Translations under genes and position numbers: made by a program
Shown: piece by piece, positions 34,796 through 49,329 of the stretch
How the letters are laid out: each line of letters opens with the position of its first letter
Numbering within the stretch: position 1 is the first letter of the stretch
DNA from: Iphione sp. A-MEVVRFRX5
Taxonomy: Eukaryota
Reading direction: 5' to 3'
DNA: 64,000 nt
Assembly (NCBI GenBank): GCA_976226885.1
Contig: OZ320319.1
Span: forward strand, 62,744,001 to 62,808,000
The notes under the pieces: model-generated
The model's input: the letters and a program-made list of their open reading frames with translations, nothing else
What the model was told of the DNA's origin: nothing
Database searches by the model: none

Positions 34796-36597
34796 CTGAT
34801 TAGATAACCTCACCGCCTGTCACAAAGAGAGAAATATACTCACGTTAGATCAAAAATGACAATCACCAGTCGGCCTCCCATGCATTCAGACCCCCGTGAG
34901 TTCAAGTATTCTATACAGTACTAATTTCCTGGGGGAAAATGCTACTTTAAATGTTGTTCTTAGCTGCTCTCGGACTCGGCCCTAAATTTTTCTGACTATG
35001 TAATGATATTTTCTTTTAAATTTGAACTGGCAGACTGAACCCACAACGAGAGAAGTGACCATTGCATGCAGGCTAATTTAAGATGGTTAACTGCCGGCCA
35101 ACAGAGATGAAGATATGAGTTCATAAGGAAGAGAGGCAGGGGAAGGTTATGCATAGAAGAAAAAAATAGTGGACCGATGTAGAGAGTGGTGGAGGGTGAC
35201 TATAATACAGACACAGAAAGAAGTTATGGAATGACTCAGGGCGAACTTGCAGACACGGGCAGTTGCAGAGAAAAATAGAGAGGGAGGAGCGGAAGGAGGG
35301 AGGGAGAGGTTGGGGAAGGTGTTCATACCATTTAAGCGTTGCACCAAAAACCACCTAGCACTGTGTGCATGTGTGTGACTGTGAGTGTGTGTGTATGTAA
35401 AAAAAACACAAATGGTTTCCTAGGGGAGTCAATCAACAGTGACAATCCATAATGGTTCAGTATAAATCACTTATAACAGCAGAAAATATGTGAAGTTCAC
35501 AATCTATCGATAGGTATTTACTTACTCCAAAATCGAATTCAATGTAACAGCTAACAGGAACATATCATAAGCGTCTACTCTACTCGTCTACTCTTCTATG
35601 AAAAAGGTTTCGGGTGACAAAGTCAGCCCTTAAATAAGTTCTCTATATAAATTCACATAAAATTTTCTGGTTCACTCCAGCTCTAGTACAAATAGTACAT
35701 GTATCTAATCCATAATTAGCATCAAATATTTCATTGATCATTTTCTCTCGACTGATTATCGCTATGTCCCAGATATTTTCCTACAAAACATCCCTTGGAA
35801 CAGATGCAGTTCATAAACTTTTTCTTATCGCTCTGCTGCCCTAACTAGTAACAGACTAGTAAAAGTTGCTTCCTCGTAGTTGTGTCACACTGTCACAAGC
35901 CTTAAAATTTCGGCCCTATTCTTATATCAGTATTCTTATATCAGTATCAAAGGCATGCAAGAACTGTACTAACAGGCGAAACATTTAATAAAACACTCCT
36001 ATGATAAGGAATAAACCTTCACATACCATTGTTATTTAGATGATCAATCACGCACCACACCCTCAAGGCTGATCGTGTTCAACTTCGTGGACGGAAGCAC
36101 TGACCCACTTTGACGACGTCGGAAGGGAGCATAGAAAAACTACATATAGTAAGTGAATCGATTTCAAAGGGACTTAAAGGAGTTTTTAGCGAAATGCTGT
36201 GACAATAAGCTAAATTCCGTTTTGGAAGTACAGTCCACGTTTAACCATATGTGTGACATACAATATCTGATTATTTTTTTACAACAGTTATGCCAAGTAT
36301 TTCTTGCGAAGTAGTTTTTTCGCGAAATCCACTAAATTTGGTATCAGATATCAAACTTTCTGCCCTACACTAATAGCTGAGGTATCACATTAAAATGGCA
36401 GGGGACCATATACTGATGGGAATGTGCATTTTGTAATATGTAGAGCCAGTGAAGAAAACATTTAAAAAAGGGTTCCAGATTTCACAGGCCTTCTTAACTA
36501 AGAACCGCTCCCTCAGGTGTTCTATTTTTATCCACCGGTGTAAAGACACCTGTAAATAGGTCACTGCAGTAGAATTCTATCGTCTACCTGGTTCCAA

Positions 36598-36600
36598 ATG
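36598..36600 (+). CDS. Calmodulin-like gene B, candidate ATG-only first coding exon
   Basis: CAAATG|gtaagt; same layout as gene C and calmodulin genes; phase 0 fits exon 41437. Confidence 0.5.
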
Positions 36601-39600
36601 GTAAGTTTTCGATCATATATAACCAAAATATTCTACTTAGAATCGCCTAGCCGGCATAAGCATATGCTGAAAGTACAGGCAGAGATCAGGGGTTGGTGTG
36701 GAATTCGGTATAAACACGATGGTGTATGAATTTCACATATTTTTTTTTATTGGTCTCCGAGTTTGAGGGTGGGTCTCAGTGAAACTGCCAAAATGTCATT
36801 TCCTTATTGGGAGCTATTCCTTAAGGATTTGGCAGTGGAAATGTAGGTACAATAGATTTGTGAATGAAATTCACGTATCCAGTTGATCACATTTTTAAAA
36901 CTGTAATTTTGTGTGACACAAAGTTTCCTGAGTTATATATGAAATCTAATCATGTGAGTTGGTACCTGTAGTTTTGTCATATCTCACTCAAACTTGCACA
37001 CGTGTACACACATCTAAACAAACTCAAAGGTCTAACGAGAGAAGGAATCCGATCTTGTATATTGCGCGTAAGATATATCAATATGCATCGTAAATTTAGC
37101 TAGTTAGGGTTGTTAATCATTTTATACACTTTCATTTCATTTCATTTCATTTCATTGTATCTTTAACCAGGAACTAGATATTCTCTATCACATGACAGAG
37201 CTCTTACATATCCTCCTGGGGTAGCATACTACCATCTATTGTTGAGAATTGAGAGACCAGAATACCCGGGGTAGCCCCCTACTCTTATTTCGAATAGGTT
37301 TCTGGGGTCTTTTTGTGCATAGGGGACAGAATCCTATACACCCACGGCCTTTTTTACGAGTTGTGGACCACTCTGGGTTGGGGCTACAGTAAATCTGTCT
37401 GGTCGTGATCACTTTTAATGATGTAACAGTGAGCGAATTGTCATTTATTTGCACACTGATGTGGTCCTAAGGCGACTTATATATGCTTTTATATACACGT
37501 GGTACTTCCTATACAAACAAGTCATCAAATGGACTATGAATAAAAGCTAAGAAGTACAGCTGTTTCCAGAGTTGGCATTTATTCAAGAGTAAATAGTGAA
37601 ATCTGGTATCAACACGAGTTTTCGTCCGTCAAGTCTTCTTCAGGTGACCATACAAGTCATCAGTTGTTATGCTACAAATAAGGATCTTGTTAGAGAGAGA
37701 GAGAGAAAAAAAAATAGGAGAGACCCAGAGAGATGAATTAAGGGGCAAGGAATCAACAACTTAAGGATGTGAATCACGTTCTTATGTGCTGTCTGACCAC
37801 TTCACCCACTAGTTATACCGGCACCTCCTTTGTCATCTAATTTGAATTATGTTAACATTGAACGTGAAAACACATGGAAATGCAGGGGTGTGTCCTTTAG
37901 GTTGGATTTGTGGTGAATTATTCGTGTTGTTTGTCACCATTTGCCATATTGGAATGTGTCAGGAATGCCTGTATTTCCCACAAATCAATGCCCGGAAATT
38001 CTCCCTTAATTATTGAATTTTGTCTGCGTATGTCCTGAATTTGTGCCACAATTGTTGAAATTGTGCACTTTCCCCAGCAAATGCCCTAAATTTGTCCCAA
38101 AATTGTGGAAATTGTCCTTTTTTGAATAACACACATGCAGCACAAATACAGTGCACATGCAACTCACATAAAGAAACGTCGTAAACTTATAGTAAGAAGT
38201 GTGCTAGTAATTACATGCAGTGCACACACAACATATTAATGGAAGTGTGGAAACTGCCCCTGAGTGGTGGGCAGGCTCTTAACTGGAGTCCGGGAGTGAG
38301 TTACCTTCTCTCCACTAATAAATGGAGGTAATGCATGTGGCAGACAAGTACCAAACTCCTTGATGTCAGAAACAGTCTTTTTGTCCCCCGCCACATAGAA
38401 GGGGGCAGGGGGGCCTTAGAAATGTTGCTGTCGAAGCATCCAACCTTCCATCACACTGTTGTGCATCTTAAACCCGATTAGTCAAATGAACTGGTTTTGA
38501 TATATGATCTTTATATATACAAACTCCTAGAAGTGGGCAATTTTGGAAGTAATTCCAGTATTTTAAGGGTAAAATTCTGTCAGTTTACTCTTTTGCTAAT
38601 ATACCTGTAAACATACATACGGTACCTTGTTTGGAGATTTCTAGGTCTGACAATGCATGCACACACTCACATGCTTAGTCACACACAGACCAATGACCGC
38701 CCCGCCTTCTGCCAGCACCACCTTGTAGCAGTGTGACCAAAGGGGGTGCAGTCGAGCATGAAATGGCCACTGGATGGCAGGGGACAATACGCCTTGCAGG
38801 TCCACACTCTTGTACTTCATTACGTCACTTACTGGTTGTTCCTTATGGGTCTACAGGTAGTGGTCAGCTTTAGTCAGCGAGAGAGGGTGTCTGATGGCTG
38901 AGGTCAGCAAGGAAGGGCATTTGATGTACAAATGTATGTTGGTTGTGAAGGTAGGCGTCTGACTGCTGTATGGGAGAGGGAGGTATCTGATGGCCGTAGA
39001 CAGGGAGGGAGGGGTGTGACAGTCATAAGTAGTACAGGAGGAGGCATGACGGACGTAGCCAGAATATCAATCCATCAGTTATCCAACATTATCCCGAATC
39101 GATCCAGTGCCTGGCTCTGATCATGAGGCTTCGACGTACCAGACTTCCAAGGTTTCAGGAGACATTTGTCAGATATAAAAAAAACAAAACAAAGCAAACA
39201 TCAAGTGTAGATGTCATAGTCTCAAAGCAGATAGAACATTTTTGCTATATTCCATACTATAAATAAGTCACTCTGAAGTTTAGTCAATACTGATTGATGT
39301 TTTTGCCAAATGTACCCACCGAATTGAAAGGTTTTAGCTTTGGTATCGACGGAGAAATCCAGTGAAAATGTACTGAAAAACCGATCAGACACAGCAGCAA
39401 TCGCGATTCTCCGCCCACAACACATGTTGGCCAAACAGCGATTATCCTCGTACTTGTGTGTGTTAGGGCATGAAATGGCTATGTTCAACGGTGGAATCGA
39501 GTGGTTTACCACACAGCATGTGGTACCTTCATTATATCAACCTCTGGGCAGCATAATGTGCAGTAGGAACTCTCCGCATTGGTCACCTTGGTTCTAGCCA

Positions 39601-41436
39601 ATTTATGACTCTTAAGTGAGGTGACAGATATATAAAGTTTTTTTACTGTACATGTATATTATACATTGTGTACCTTTCTAGCACATTTCCCCCATGCATA
39701 ACTTGACCCTCATTGTTTAGTTAGTGTAATTACCACTAAGTATATATGCACATATATAAATATACTGTATACATGTATATACACACCTTTCCCGGATATT
39801 TCCCGTGCATAAAAACTTGTCATTCATATTTTGGCTAGTATAATTACCACTAGGGGCATGTAGGTCGCGCTGCAGCTAATACGCTTTATGTTGTCCAGAG
39901 CTAACAGTAGACACCGTACAGTAGGGCAGCCTCCCTATAGAGTGATGGCAATCCAAGTGACGAGTAGAAAAATTAACAGGTTCTATAGCATACTTGTTGT
40001 TAGTCTGTTCTTGAGCGCGATAAACTAAAGCAGACGGGTTCAGTCTAGTTTTTGTATGTTGTCTGTAACTGGGGTGAAAAAAACACATCAGGCAGCACAT
40101 TTCAGTGCTACTTTCCCGCCCCCCCCCCACGCGCATAAACACATATACACAGTTATAGCCCCACGTAATCGGACCCCATTTAACTGAATACCCCATATGT
40201 ACGGAATATCCCCCCTATTTCTTCATGCTTAGATTAACTGAAGCACTTGTTAACCGAACATTGTGAGAAAAAAATCAGACCTTGTTTGGTTGAGCAGGGC
40301 TGACTGTATGTGTATATGTACATGTATATATAAATATATGTACACAATGTACATGTACGCTTACCAGATGACAGACCCGCCAGACTGTGGTCTCAGCATG
40401 CCAGGATATTTGTATGCATTTTCCACACTGCCAAAGACCCGGTTACCGAGGCCCTAATTATACCACCTAATTAGCACTACGTGACTGTTAACGATAATAG
40501 GCTGTAAGTTCTGGGGAGGAGTGACTTCCGTCTGTGTGACGGATCATTCTATACTATATCGTACAAACCAAACCGTTTTTTCTATAAAAGTCAGTGAACT
40601 TCAATCCAAGTTTTTGTTTGAAAAGGACATGCATTCCGACCATGTGTATACCAATAGTAAATGGGTTGTGGCATTATTAGTAGTATCTGATGTATATTAG
40701 TAGTAGTGTCTGATGTATATTAGTAGTAGTATCTGATGTACATATGGAGGAAGAATTTTGCCACGTAGCTACTTTCTTGCAAAACAAAAGTCAGACTCTA
40801 TATTCTAAATTTACAGAAATATTTTTACTTAATTGAAAGGAGCTAAGAAAAGTAGTTACAAAATTAACGTAGGTGTAGTAAACGCAACAAAGGAAGACGT
40901 GGCGAACTTTATATTCCTTGATGAAAAAAAAAGAATTATCCTACCAAGAAGTATTATATGAATACATATACATGTATATGTACATGAGACCTGTGTAGAT
41001 ATATATTTACACTTACGTTATATGGTTTTGAACATATATACACATTGGCTGCATCAAGTTGCAGAAATGACCGCAGAGGGGTCCTACTTATTTTTCTTTT
41101 CTATCTCCTCCCTTATCGTATCTAATGACACAACCATGCATGTGACCGGCGTTATTAATGAGCTAATTGGCTGTCGAGTCTATTAGGTTGTAGTTCATTG
41201 AAGATTCCTAGATATCAGCACTTCCTCCCACCTCTTTGATTGGGTTGTGCGTGGGAACCCATTACATATGCCCATTACACTGTCGGGGAAGGCCGCCTGT
41301 AGGACGTAGTACGAGGGAGAGTTGCATTACAAGGGTCGTTCCCATCTGACTGGAGTAGGATCTGTTTGAGAGATAGGTTACCATGACCATATACCACACC
41401 TCGTATATTAAACAGCAATTTGCGCTTTCTTTACAG

Positions 41437-41506
41437 GCGCACCGTCAGCAACAGTCACCCCGTGGTAAGGGCCCCGTCACCAAGAGTGCGCAAGAACGCG
41501 CCAAAG
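41437..41506 (+). CDS. Calmodulin-like gene B exon 2 (basic N-terminal arm)
   Basis: tttctttacag|AHRQQQSPRGKGPVTKSAQERAK|gtaaaa, phases 0/1. Confidence 0.65.
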
Positions 41507-42226
41507 GTAAAAAGAGACCACTATTTTCTGTATCAAAGTACATGTACATCGACATTTATTGCCTTGGATACTTCATAACTTTCCAGAGTTCCATTTATTT
41601 GTACTGATGCGGACTATTGCACTGCTGGTTTGTGTTTATATATCACGTAACTCCATAGGATTTGACCTATTTTATGTTCTGTATCTCTTAAATAGTATAA
41701 CGATTGGGCAGAATCCTCTCTTACAGTACACAAGGGGTCGGTTTCCAATCCTAAAGAGCATTTCAACATGAGAGAAACGTGATTATTTTTTAACACTGGG
41801 TCCGTGACTGAATGTCCATTAATGCTGGATTTCATGCAATCTCGATCTCTCTCCCTCCTCTCCCTCCCCCTTCCGCCCTCCCTCATTTATTTTCTCTGTG
41901 ACCGCTTCACTGATACATGCTGTACATGTATACCGCCACCTGAACCACCGCACACTACACATTCATCCAACCCTTTAACCTTTACAACATACATCCTTTG
42001 TGTCAGAGAGCATCGCTCTCAGTCCACTATATATGTACAAACACCCGCTCGTTTTCAGCAATTCAAAGTCAATTATAGATAGAATTGCCTGAATCAATTT
42101 CTTAGGAGAAGCATGGACTTTTGACTACTACTTTAACGTTGTAGACTGCTCCTGTACCCATCGCGCAAAAGTCAGTGGAATTTTTAGACAGAATGTTTAG
42201 GCCTTGACTGAGACTAGGTGCAAGAG

Positions 42227-42409
42227 NNNNNNNNNNNNNNNNNNNNNNNNNNNNNNNNNNNNNNNNNNNNNNNNNNNNNNNNNNNNNNNNNNNNNNNNNN
42301 NNNNNNNNNNNNNNNNNNNNNNNNNNNNNNNNNNNNNNNNNNNNNNNNNNNNNNNNNNNNNNNNNNNNNNNNNNNNNNNNNNNNNNNNNNNNNNNNNNNN
42401 NNNNNNNNN
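42227..42409. other. Assembly gap
   Basis: Run of N. Confidence 1.
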
Positions 42410-42459
42410 ATAACTTATCCACACATCCCTTGCACTTATAACTTACTAAAACCTTGCAG

Positions 42460-42603
42460 ACCTGGGCGATGCTGTCTTCCTGATGGCGTTCAACGACAGT
42501 GAGACCATCACCTCGCGGGAGGTGGCGGCCGTCATTCGCTGCTGCGGCTTCAACCCGAGCGAGGACGACGTGCGAGAGATCTGCCAGATCGTCGAGACTA
42601 AAT
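42460..42603 (+). CDS. Calmodulin-like / light-chain-like gene B exon 3
   Basis: DLGDAVFLMAFNDSETITSREVAAVIRCCGFNPSEDDVREICQIVETK; 144 nt, same length as the gene C exon. Confidence 0.88.
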
Positions 42604-42928
42604 GTACGCTGTACCATTGGCCGCTTATTTCTGAGGTCGTCAGAGCAATGCTATACTGAGACTGGTCATCCCTTTAGGGAGTCGGTCGACTCTTTTGGTC
42701 TCAAATGAGCCTTGAGGTTAACAGAAACGAACACTAGCTAAAATATTTCAAGAGGGTTTTGGCCCAGGTGGGTAACTTTCACAATATAAAAGGCACCCAG
42801 CACTTTATGCGTATTCGAATCAATCAGGTAAATCGTAGTGGTAGGAGAGCGGGTACATGGTAGTTTCTTATACTTGCGGAAACAATCTGAAGTACGGTTA
42901 TCATTATACCTTTTCATCCATATAACAG

Positions 42929-43174
42929 ACAAGAACAAGATCAACGCTGCAGGCTTGGCCGAGATCCTTATCCCTCGCTCAGAGCAGCTCTGCACCACCT
43001 ACGAAGATCTGCTCGACGCGTTACTCCTCTTTGACAAGCAGGGCAACGGTATGATCAACGTGGCCGACTGCAGACACGCCATCATCACACTCGGAGAAGG
43101 CATCCCCCCCGTGCTGGTCGACGAGGTGATCGGCGTGGTCAATCCGGACCAGGAGGAGTACATCAAGGCAGAAG
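42929..43174 (+). CDS. Calmodulin-like gene B exon 4
   Basis: YKNKINAAGLAEIL..YEDLLDALLLFDKQGNGMINVADCRHAIITLGEGIPPVLVDEVIGVVNPDQEEYIKAE. Confidence 0.9.
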
Positions 43175-44182
43175 GTAGGAGATGCCCCCCCCCAGAAAAA
43201 AAAAAAAAAAATAATAAGTAAATAAATGACTCTTTCATGCCCTTATTGCCACGAGTCCTAATTGATGATCAGTGCTCCCTCATTACTACCTGCAGCTTGA
43301 TTAGTCCGCATACTTTTGAAACTCTTGTAACATGTCAGGTTCAGCCAGTATGACTAGTTCGTCTGTCTGTACCTAGCGCCCCCCCCCCCCCCAACACCCA
43401 CATCCACCTCCCGCCATCATCCAGTACTTGCCTGTCTGCCTGGCAAACCTCGCAAAAGTAGCACTAAATTTGTTTTGGGGAGAAAAGGGTAAAATGAGCT
43501 GTCCTCTACGCAGGTATGCAATTCATCAGTGGAGGTCAGATCCGGTATAGTGTTGAGTATACTGGAGAGGGCATAGTCTGACCGCCACTCCTGGCAGGGG
43601 TAGTTGGGTGTCCTAAACAGGTCCTAAACAGCTCCCCGACTTCGGAGAGGACCAAGCCCTCCCTGATTCACCACATTGAGACCTGTGATGTCCCAGCCGG
43701 CATCTGGACATGTTTTGCTCGGGATGCCCAGGGTGGCTGGGAGATCGTCTTGCGTTGGGGGAGGGGGGTGCAGTGATGGTGGATTGGGTCATGGATCGTG
43801 GGGGTGACCTCCAAATAGCAGCCACAGCAAGTTGTCAATGTTCCAGCAGGGACATACGTGAAAGCCTGCGTCTTTATATTTAAGGAAGTTAATAATAATA
43901 ATCACATCAGTGCCCCGGCTGCTACCTTAAATACAGCTATGTTGCTGTCAGTTGTAGAGTAGAAGCATGCCTCTCACATTCTATCAGCTCTAATAGAAGC
44001 TACCCAGTCCAATATATGATCTAATTGTGATTGAAACCATTAGAAGCTTTTAACTACATGTATGTAGAAACCCTTTGTATTGACTTATGTTAAACATATA
44101 CTTACATTCGTATAATTCATCTTTCTCGCCCTCAATGATTGTGTGTTGATGTCTTCTTTTGCCCACCCCTTTGTGTTTGCAG

Positions 44183-44217
44183 ATTTTGCGCGTGTGCTAG
44201 CCATGGATTGTCCCTAG
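44183..44217 (+). CDS. Calmodulin-like gene B terminal exon
   Basis: ttgtgtttgcag|DFARVLAMDCP*, phase 1. Confidence 0.8.
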
Positions 44218-47200
44218 GTATACCTTCTTTTCAGCGCCCTACACCCATCCTTGACTATGACTGTCATTTTTCGGACCTGCATTGAAAACTGACCCTCATA
44301 TTCATTGGTTTGTGATGAAAAATTGTATGCCTTTGTATTCCCCCCTAGATGCCTATGTCGATGGAATCTTCTGGGAATTACCTCATTTCTAGATTGACTG
44401 CAGCTGCTCTGTAAAGTGGTTACTGAAATTGATTCGTGTAATCATGGTTTTCCTTATGAAGAAGCCCTAGACATGAGTGCATTGGGTGTATGCTTCATAT
44501 ACTGTAGATAGAAAAAAAAACATGTTCGCATGGTGATATACATACACGTACTTGTATACATGTCAAGATGCACCGCGCAAACCTGCTATGCTGAAGCTTG
44601 GAAAATTGAGCAACTGGGGTCACCATATTGTAGCCCATAGACTTGTGTGTTTCATTATCCATGACCGAATATATTCTTCTAGTCCTGCACCCTTGCCAAT
44701 AGAAACAGTACATCTTTATATATGATTCAGCCGTTATCCACAACATATATACATATAAAAAAGACACATAGTACGTAGTGCTACACAATATTCCCCAACA
44801 CAGGTATGTGCACAGTTGTTTTCAGCCAAGTGTTATTTTGTTACTTTTTTGTGCGCTTGACTGCCATAGCTCACTTTCGACTCCCGTGGAGTTTCACCAT
44901 AATATCATATGCAACAGGATTATTTATTTACCTACTGTTTCTAACAGTGTATTGTGCATTCATATGCACCCTAGCTTTTCCGTGTGCACACTGGCTGTTT
45001 TCAAGGTCCTACAGCCAGTGTCTCCTTTATGATTGTGGAGCATCATTACTTGGTCTTTTTCGCGGAAATAAGCTAACCATAAAAGTAATCTTTAATAGAC
45101 TGTATCATTAGACATGGTATCCGTACTTACAAAGTATTATGAAAGTAGAATTTCTTTATTCTTCATAATTGATATGATTTATCCTGAAGTAAATACATGA
45201 CTGTAATAATATATTCTCATTGAGTTCTCCCCGTAACTTCCCAGTACTCCTGGAAGGGGTTTGCGCCATTGGTAGAGAAATCCATTTTTGCTTGTCAAAA
45301 ATAAACTTTGTGCTTTGTTGCACTTCTTGCTTCTTTTGGCCTTTCATAATGCATGGATGAACTGTAGGATTCACAGAAAGAACGGCGGTGGTGGGTGAAT
45401 ATATCCATGAATCATTTAACGAGGCTGAAAGTCCTGGGTTCTTTGTTTTTTTGCGGAATATATCCTTCGGACTTTTTCTTCTCAAAATGCGATATCCGTT
45501 ATCCCCAGTCGTCGTCGTCTTGAGTAATTTTAAGCCAGACACATATATATATATATATATATATCTGTGTGTGTGTTTATCCGGGCAGAAAGGAAGCAGC
45601 AGCAACACATTTATGTCTTTGGCTGGGATATCTCAAGACATCTGGACCAGTCCATAAAGGATTCAGTTGAAATTTGCTTTATCAATGATTTGCAAATAAC
45701 TTCGCCATATATATGTAACCATCATTATATATGCCTGCGCACACTGTTTAGCTTTTAAATTGGTATCGCTTGCGACAATTTTTAATCGGAAGAATACTCT
45801 ACATTCTCCATATACAGCAAACACATAGCAATCGCCATACAATAGAAATTAAACATTCAACACTTTAACTTGACTTACATGACAAAGTATTGGAATAAAT
45901 TACAGTTATATTGTGTTTTATATAGATTCTACTATTCGAGTACTGCAGCTGTTACCAAATGGGCTTTTCTTTAAAGGGAGCTGATTATTTTTTTATTGGC
46001 TCTTTTTTGCAGACTTTGCGCGCGTCCTGCTCATGGATCTGGCGTGAGGATGTCCTGCCCAACCTTCACTTCCTCCCTCCCTCCCTTCTTCCCTCCCTCC
46101 TGCCCACCCCACCCTCTCTCCTTCCCTCATTCCATGAATCTACTACTACTGCTGCTGCTGCTGTTGTTGCTGGTACTGCTGACGACGGTTCTCGCTCCAC
46201 ATTGTGGTGTCTTCATGTTCCTCTTCGGATGCCAACCAACCTTCACCTGGCTATAAATTAGCTACCGTCCTCCATGTTCTAAGTCTTCCGACTTGTTAGG
46301 GCTAGCTAACGGTAGATGGGAGCTTCAGCTCCTCGTCGACTCAGAGCAACAGCTTAGTTAAGTCCTGTGCCCGCCATTCACGACTGATGGTCTCATAGCC
46401 AGCCCATCATGATGTGACACCTTAGTGTGATGTCTTAAATGTTGTACTCCCTATCATCAAGGGGAACTGACGTAGACGGGAGTCTTTCGTTAGAGCATAT
46501 ATGTATGTTCTTGATTTTTCTTTGTAAATCAGGGTCAGTGCAGTAGACTTGAAGCGTTCGTACTATTAACGAACAATACACCACCAACCTCAAATCGCCC
46601 GAAGCTTACTCCTGCTTTGTGATTTTAGATGGGAAGTGAGAAAGAGTTGAAAATGAATGAACTATAGTAAGAGGAGTAAAAGATCTGATAGTAGTAGAGA
46701 TGCTAATCGTTCATTGACGATTACACAACATACAATGTATATGAACCTCTGTTGTGATGTAAGCCTATGTATAATTGGCGGTTTGGGGTTTAGGCAGAAA
46801 TCAGAACAGTACATGTACTCGTTAGTTGTTGGTTATAGGCATAAACGTGAAGGCACTGTTGAGGGATCGTCTCAAATTTTGTTTACAACAAAGAATACAA
46901 ATACACCCAAATAAACATGTATGACAGTAAGCTAAAGCGCTGGCGTTTCTTAAGTTTGGCGTATAGGTATATATTTCGTTATCAGAATTGTTTTTTTTTT
47001 AAGTTTACACTGTTTATTGATGTACTAGACTTTTTCACCGTGAGGCATTCCTCAGTTAAGATGTCACAATCTTGAATGCAGTAAAACACCATTCCATTTT
47101 TATGTGTACTTTATTGTTTTGGAATAAAGCTGCCAATTCACAATTGTTCTTCTCACTTTATGGTATTCTATATGTTCTTTCAAAATAACAGATAAATGCA

Positions 47201-47582
47201 AATCGCATGATTCGATTGCTTTGTGGCCTCATTTCCGAATGGTAGATACCCTTTTTGTCTAGTCTGACCCTGAGTAGTTTTCATCAACTGGAGAACTACC
47301 GACATGCATGTAAAAATGCAGCTTTCATTCAACAAACAAGCGCGTATTCAAATACGTTGTATTGGATTCAGTGAGATACAGTCTTCTGCATACCCTGAAT
47401 CGTCATACCAAAGCATTCTAAAAGACTACATAAAAACAACCGATTCATACATCATTACTTCAAACGCCAAACTTCTTCGCAGGCCACTCCATTGACCTCA
47501 TGGTACGCCCAACGAGATAATACATGTATATAAATACTGTGGTCATATATATATGCTATATCTATATTACATTTTGGCCGTC

Positions 47583-47614
47583 TCATTTGCTTTCTGTCAT
47601 AAGTTGTCGAAAAT
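47583..47614 (-). CDS. Calmodulin-like gene C terminal exon
   Basis: atttgctttcag|DFRQLMTESK*, like calmodulin EFVQMMTAK; gives a 162-aa protein. Confidence 0.78.
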
Positions 47615-48695
47615 CTGAAAGCAAATATGCAAAATTTTAATAGAAAGATGTGAAGAACAGCGACATTTGTACGGAAAAAGCCAGATTGAATCTGAAATAT
47701 TTGTACAGTGATTGACATACACTACATACAATTTGTCAGTCAAATATATGTAGAGTACTATTTTCTCCTTCCCATGAGCAAAACGTAGGAGCATTTAATG
47801 TGTGTCTAATTCGAAGTTTGACATTACCCTTACAGTCATCACAAAAGTGGATTCATCGGGCAAAGAATTTTCGGAAAGATGGCAATTTTTTAAAGCAGTG
47901 AACTTCCTAAAACCATCATTTTCAGAACAATATTTTGATGTGTATCCGTCCAACTAGGGATAGTGTCTGTAAAGTCGGTGCATTCCGCTGTGCGGCGCCC
48001 CTGTCGAAAGATTGCGGACTTCAGCATCCATAGTATCTTTCATTGAATGATCTTAAGGCCAAGAGCTACAGGTGGCTCAAAAATAAGTATACAAGGAATT
48101 TTCTTATAACTTCTCAGATTTATTCGATACACCATTTGTAATTCAAATATGGAAAAAAAAGCTGGGGTATCAAGACTCATTTATCCAGCAGTGATCATCA
48201 AAGGGATGCTCCCCTTACCATTGAAGTCAATGGCAGAAGAGCAAAAAAGGAGTCATTCTGGAGACAATTCATGTCATAAGTTCAAAACCTGACAAACAAT
48301 TTCTGTCAAAAATTATATTTAGCCTTAAATATATATATTGTTCAAGATAAAAACATAAAAATATATGGTTTCAAGGTTACTTTCTCCACAAACTGACCTG
48401 AAAGGTGTAGAACTAGAAATTTTTGTAATAGGCTGAATAGCACACAATTCGTCATTTTTAACACATTTTATGCTGTAAATCTAAAACCTGACGTACATTT
48501 TTGTAAAATTTTACATTTAAATCTTCATATCTATGATCATCAAGATAACAGCAAAAAAATATGTATTTTCAGTTCTATTCTCTATACATAATGTCCCAAA
48601 GTAAGAACACCACCCCCTGATGAAGTTGGCTGCCAACCAAGTTGGAGGGAGAGAGAGGGGAGGGAGCAACTGAGGTAGGGAGGGAAACAGAGAGA

Positions 48696-49036
48696 NNNNN
48701 NNNNNNNNNNNNNNNNNNNNNNNNNNNNNNNNNNNNNNNNNNNNNNNNNNNNNNNNNNNNNNNNNNNNNNNNNNNNNNNNNNNNNNNNNNNNNNNNNNNN
48801 NNNNNNNNNNNNNNNNNNNNNNNNNNNNNNNNNNNNNNNNNNNNNNNNNNNNNNNNNNNNNNNNNNNNNNNNNNNNNNNNNNNNNNNNNNNNNNNNNNNN
48901 NNNNNNNNNNNNNNNNNNNNNNNNNNNNNNNNNNNNNNNNNNNNNNNNNNNNNNNNNNNNNNNNNNNNNNNNNNNNNNNNNNNNNNNNNNNNNNNNNNNN
49001 NNNNNNNNNNNNNNNNNNNNNNNNNNNNNNNNNNNN
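48696..49036. other. Assembly gap flanked by AG-rich sequence
   Basis: Run of N. Confidence 1.
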
Positions 49037-49133
49037 GGCCGGAAAGAGAGAGGGAGACACACACAGAGGCAGAGACAGAGACAGAGCACACCATAGGTCT
49101 AGTTTCAACTTCATTCACCAACACAGCCAAAAA

Positions 49134-49196
49134 TCAGTTTCTTGAATTAAGAATATTTCTTATTTTAAGAAAAATGTTCTTAATTCAAGAAACTGA
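49134..49196. repeat. 63-bp near-perfect palindrome
   Basis: 20-bp perfect arms tcagtttcttgaattaagaa / ttcttaattcaagaaactga plus imperfect inner pairing. Confidence 0.9.
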
Positions 49197-49329
49197 AGGT
49201 GTACATATTAGTTCATAAAATCGCCACTTGGCGCCTGCCGCTCTCGCCCTTAATATAGATTTACTTCAGTTCAGCCAGTTAAAAAAGTCATGAAGAATTC
49301 TTGCTATTTACCATACATAAAACATTCAG

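Noticed and set aside
38700-38820. Minus-strand Cys/Trp-rich stretch faintly like a C-type lectin (..HCYKVV..)
   Set aside because: Needs frameshifts and lacks the remaining conserved residues; unsupported without a profile search.
48617-48645. CTGATGA-A-GTTGG(CTG)CCAAC as a third hammerhead
   Set aside because: Stem II is followed by CAAG rather than GAAA and there is no stem I/III; at most a decayed remnant. CTGATGAG at 18143 also lacks GAAA.
42102-49145. ORFs containing X runs (42102-42617, 48517-49145 etc.)
   Set aside because: Artefacts of translating N gaps.
49272-49299. Alternative last exon for gene C (EFFMTFLTG*)
   Set aside because: Weak purine-rich acceptor; 47583-47614 has a better acceptor and a closer calmodulin-like end.
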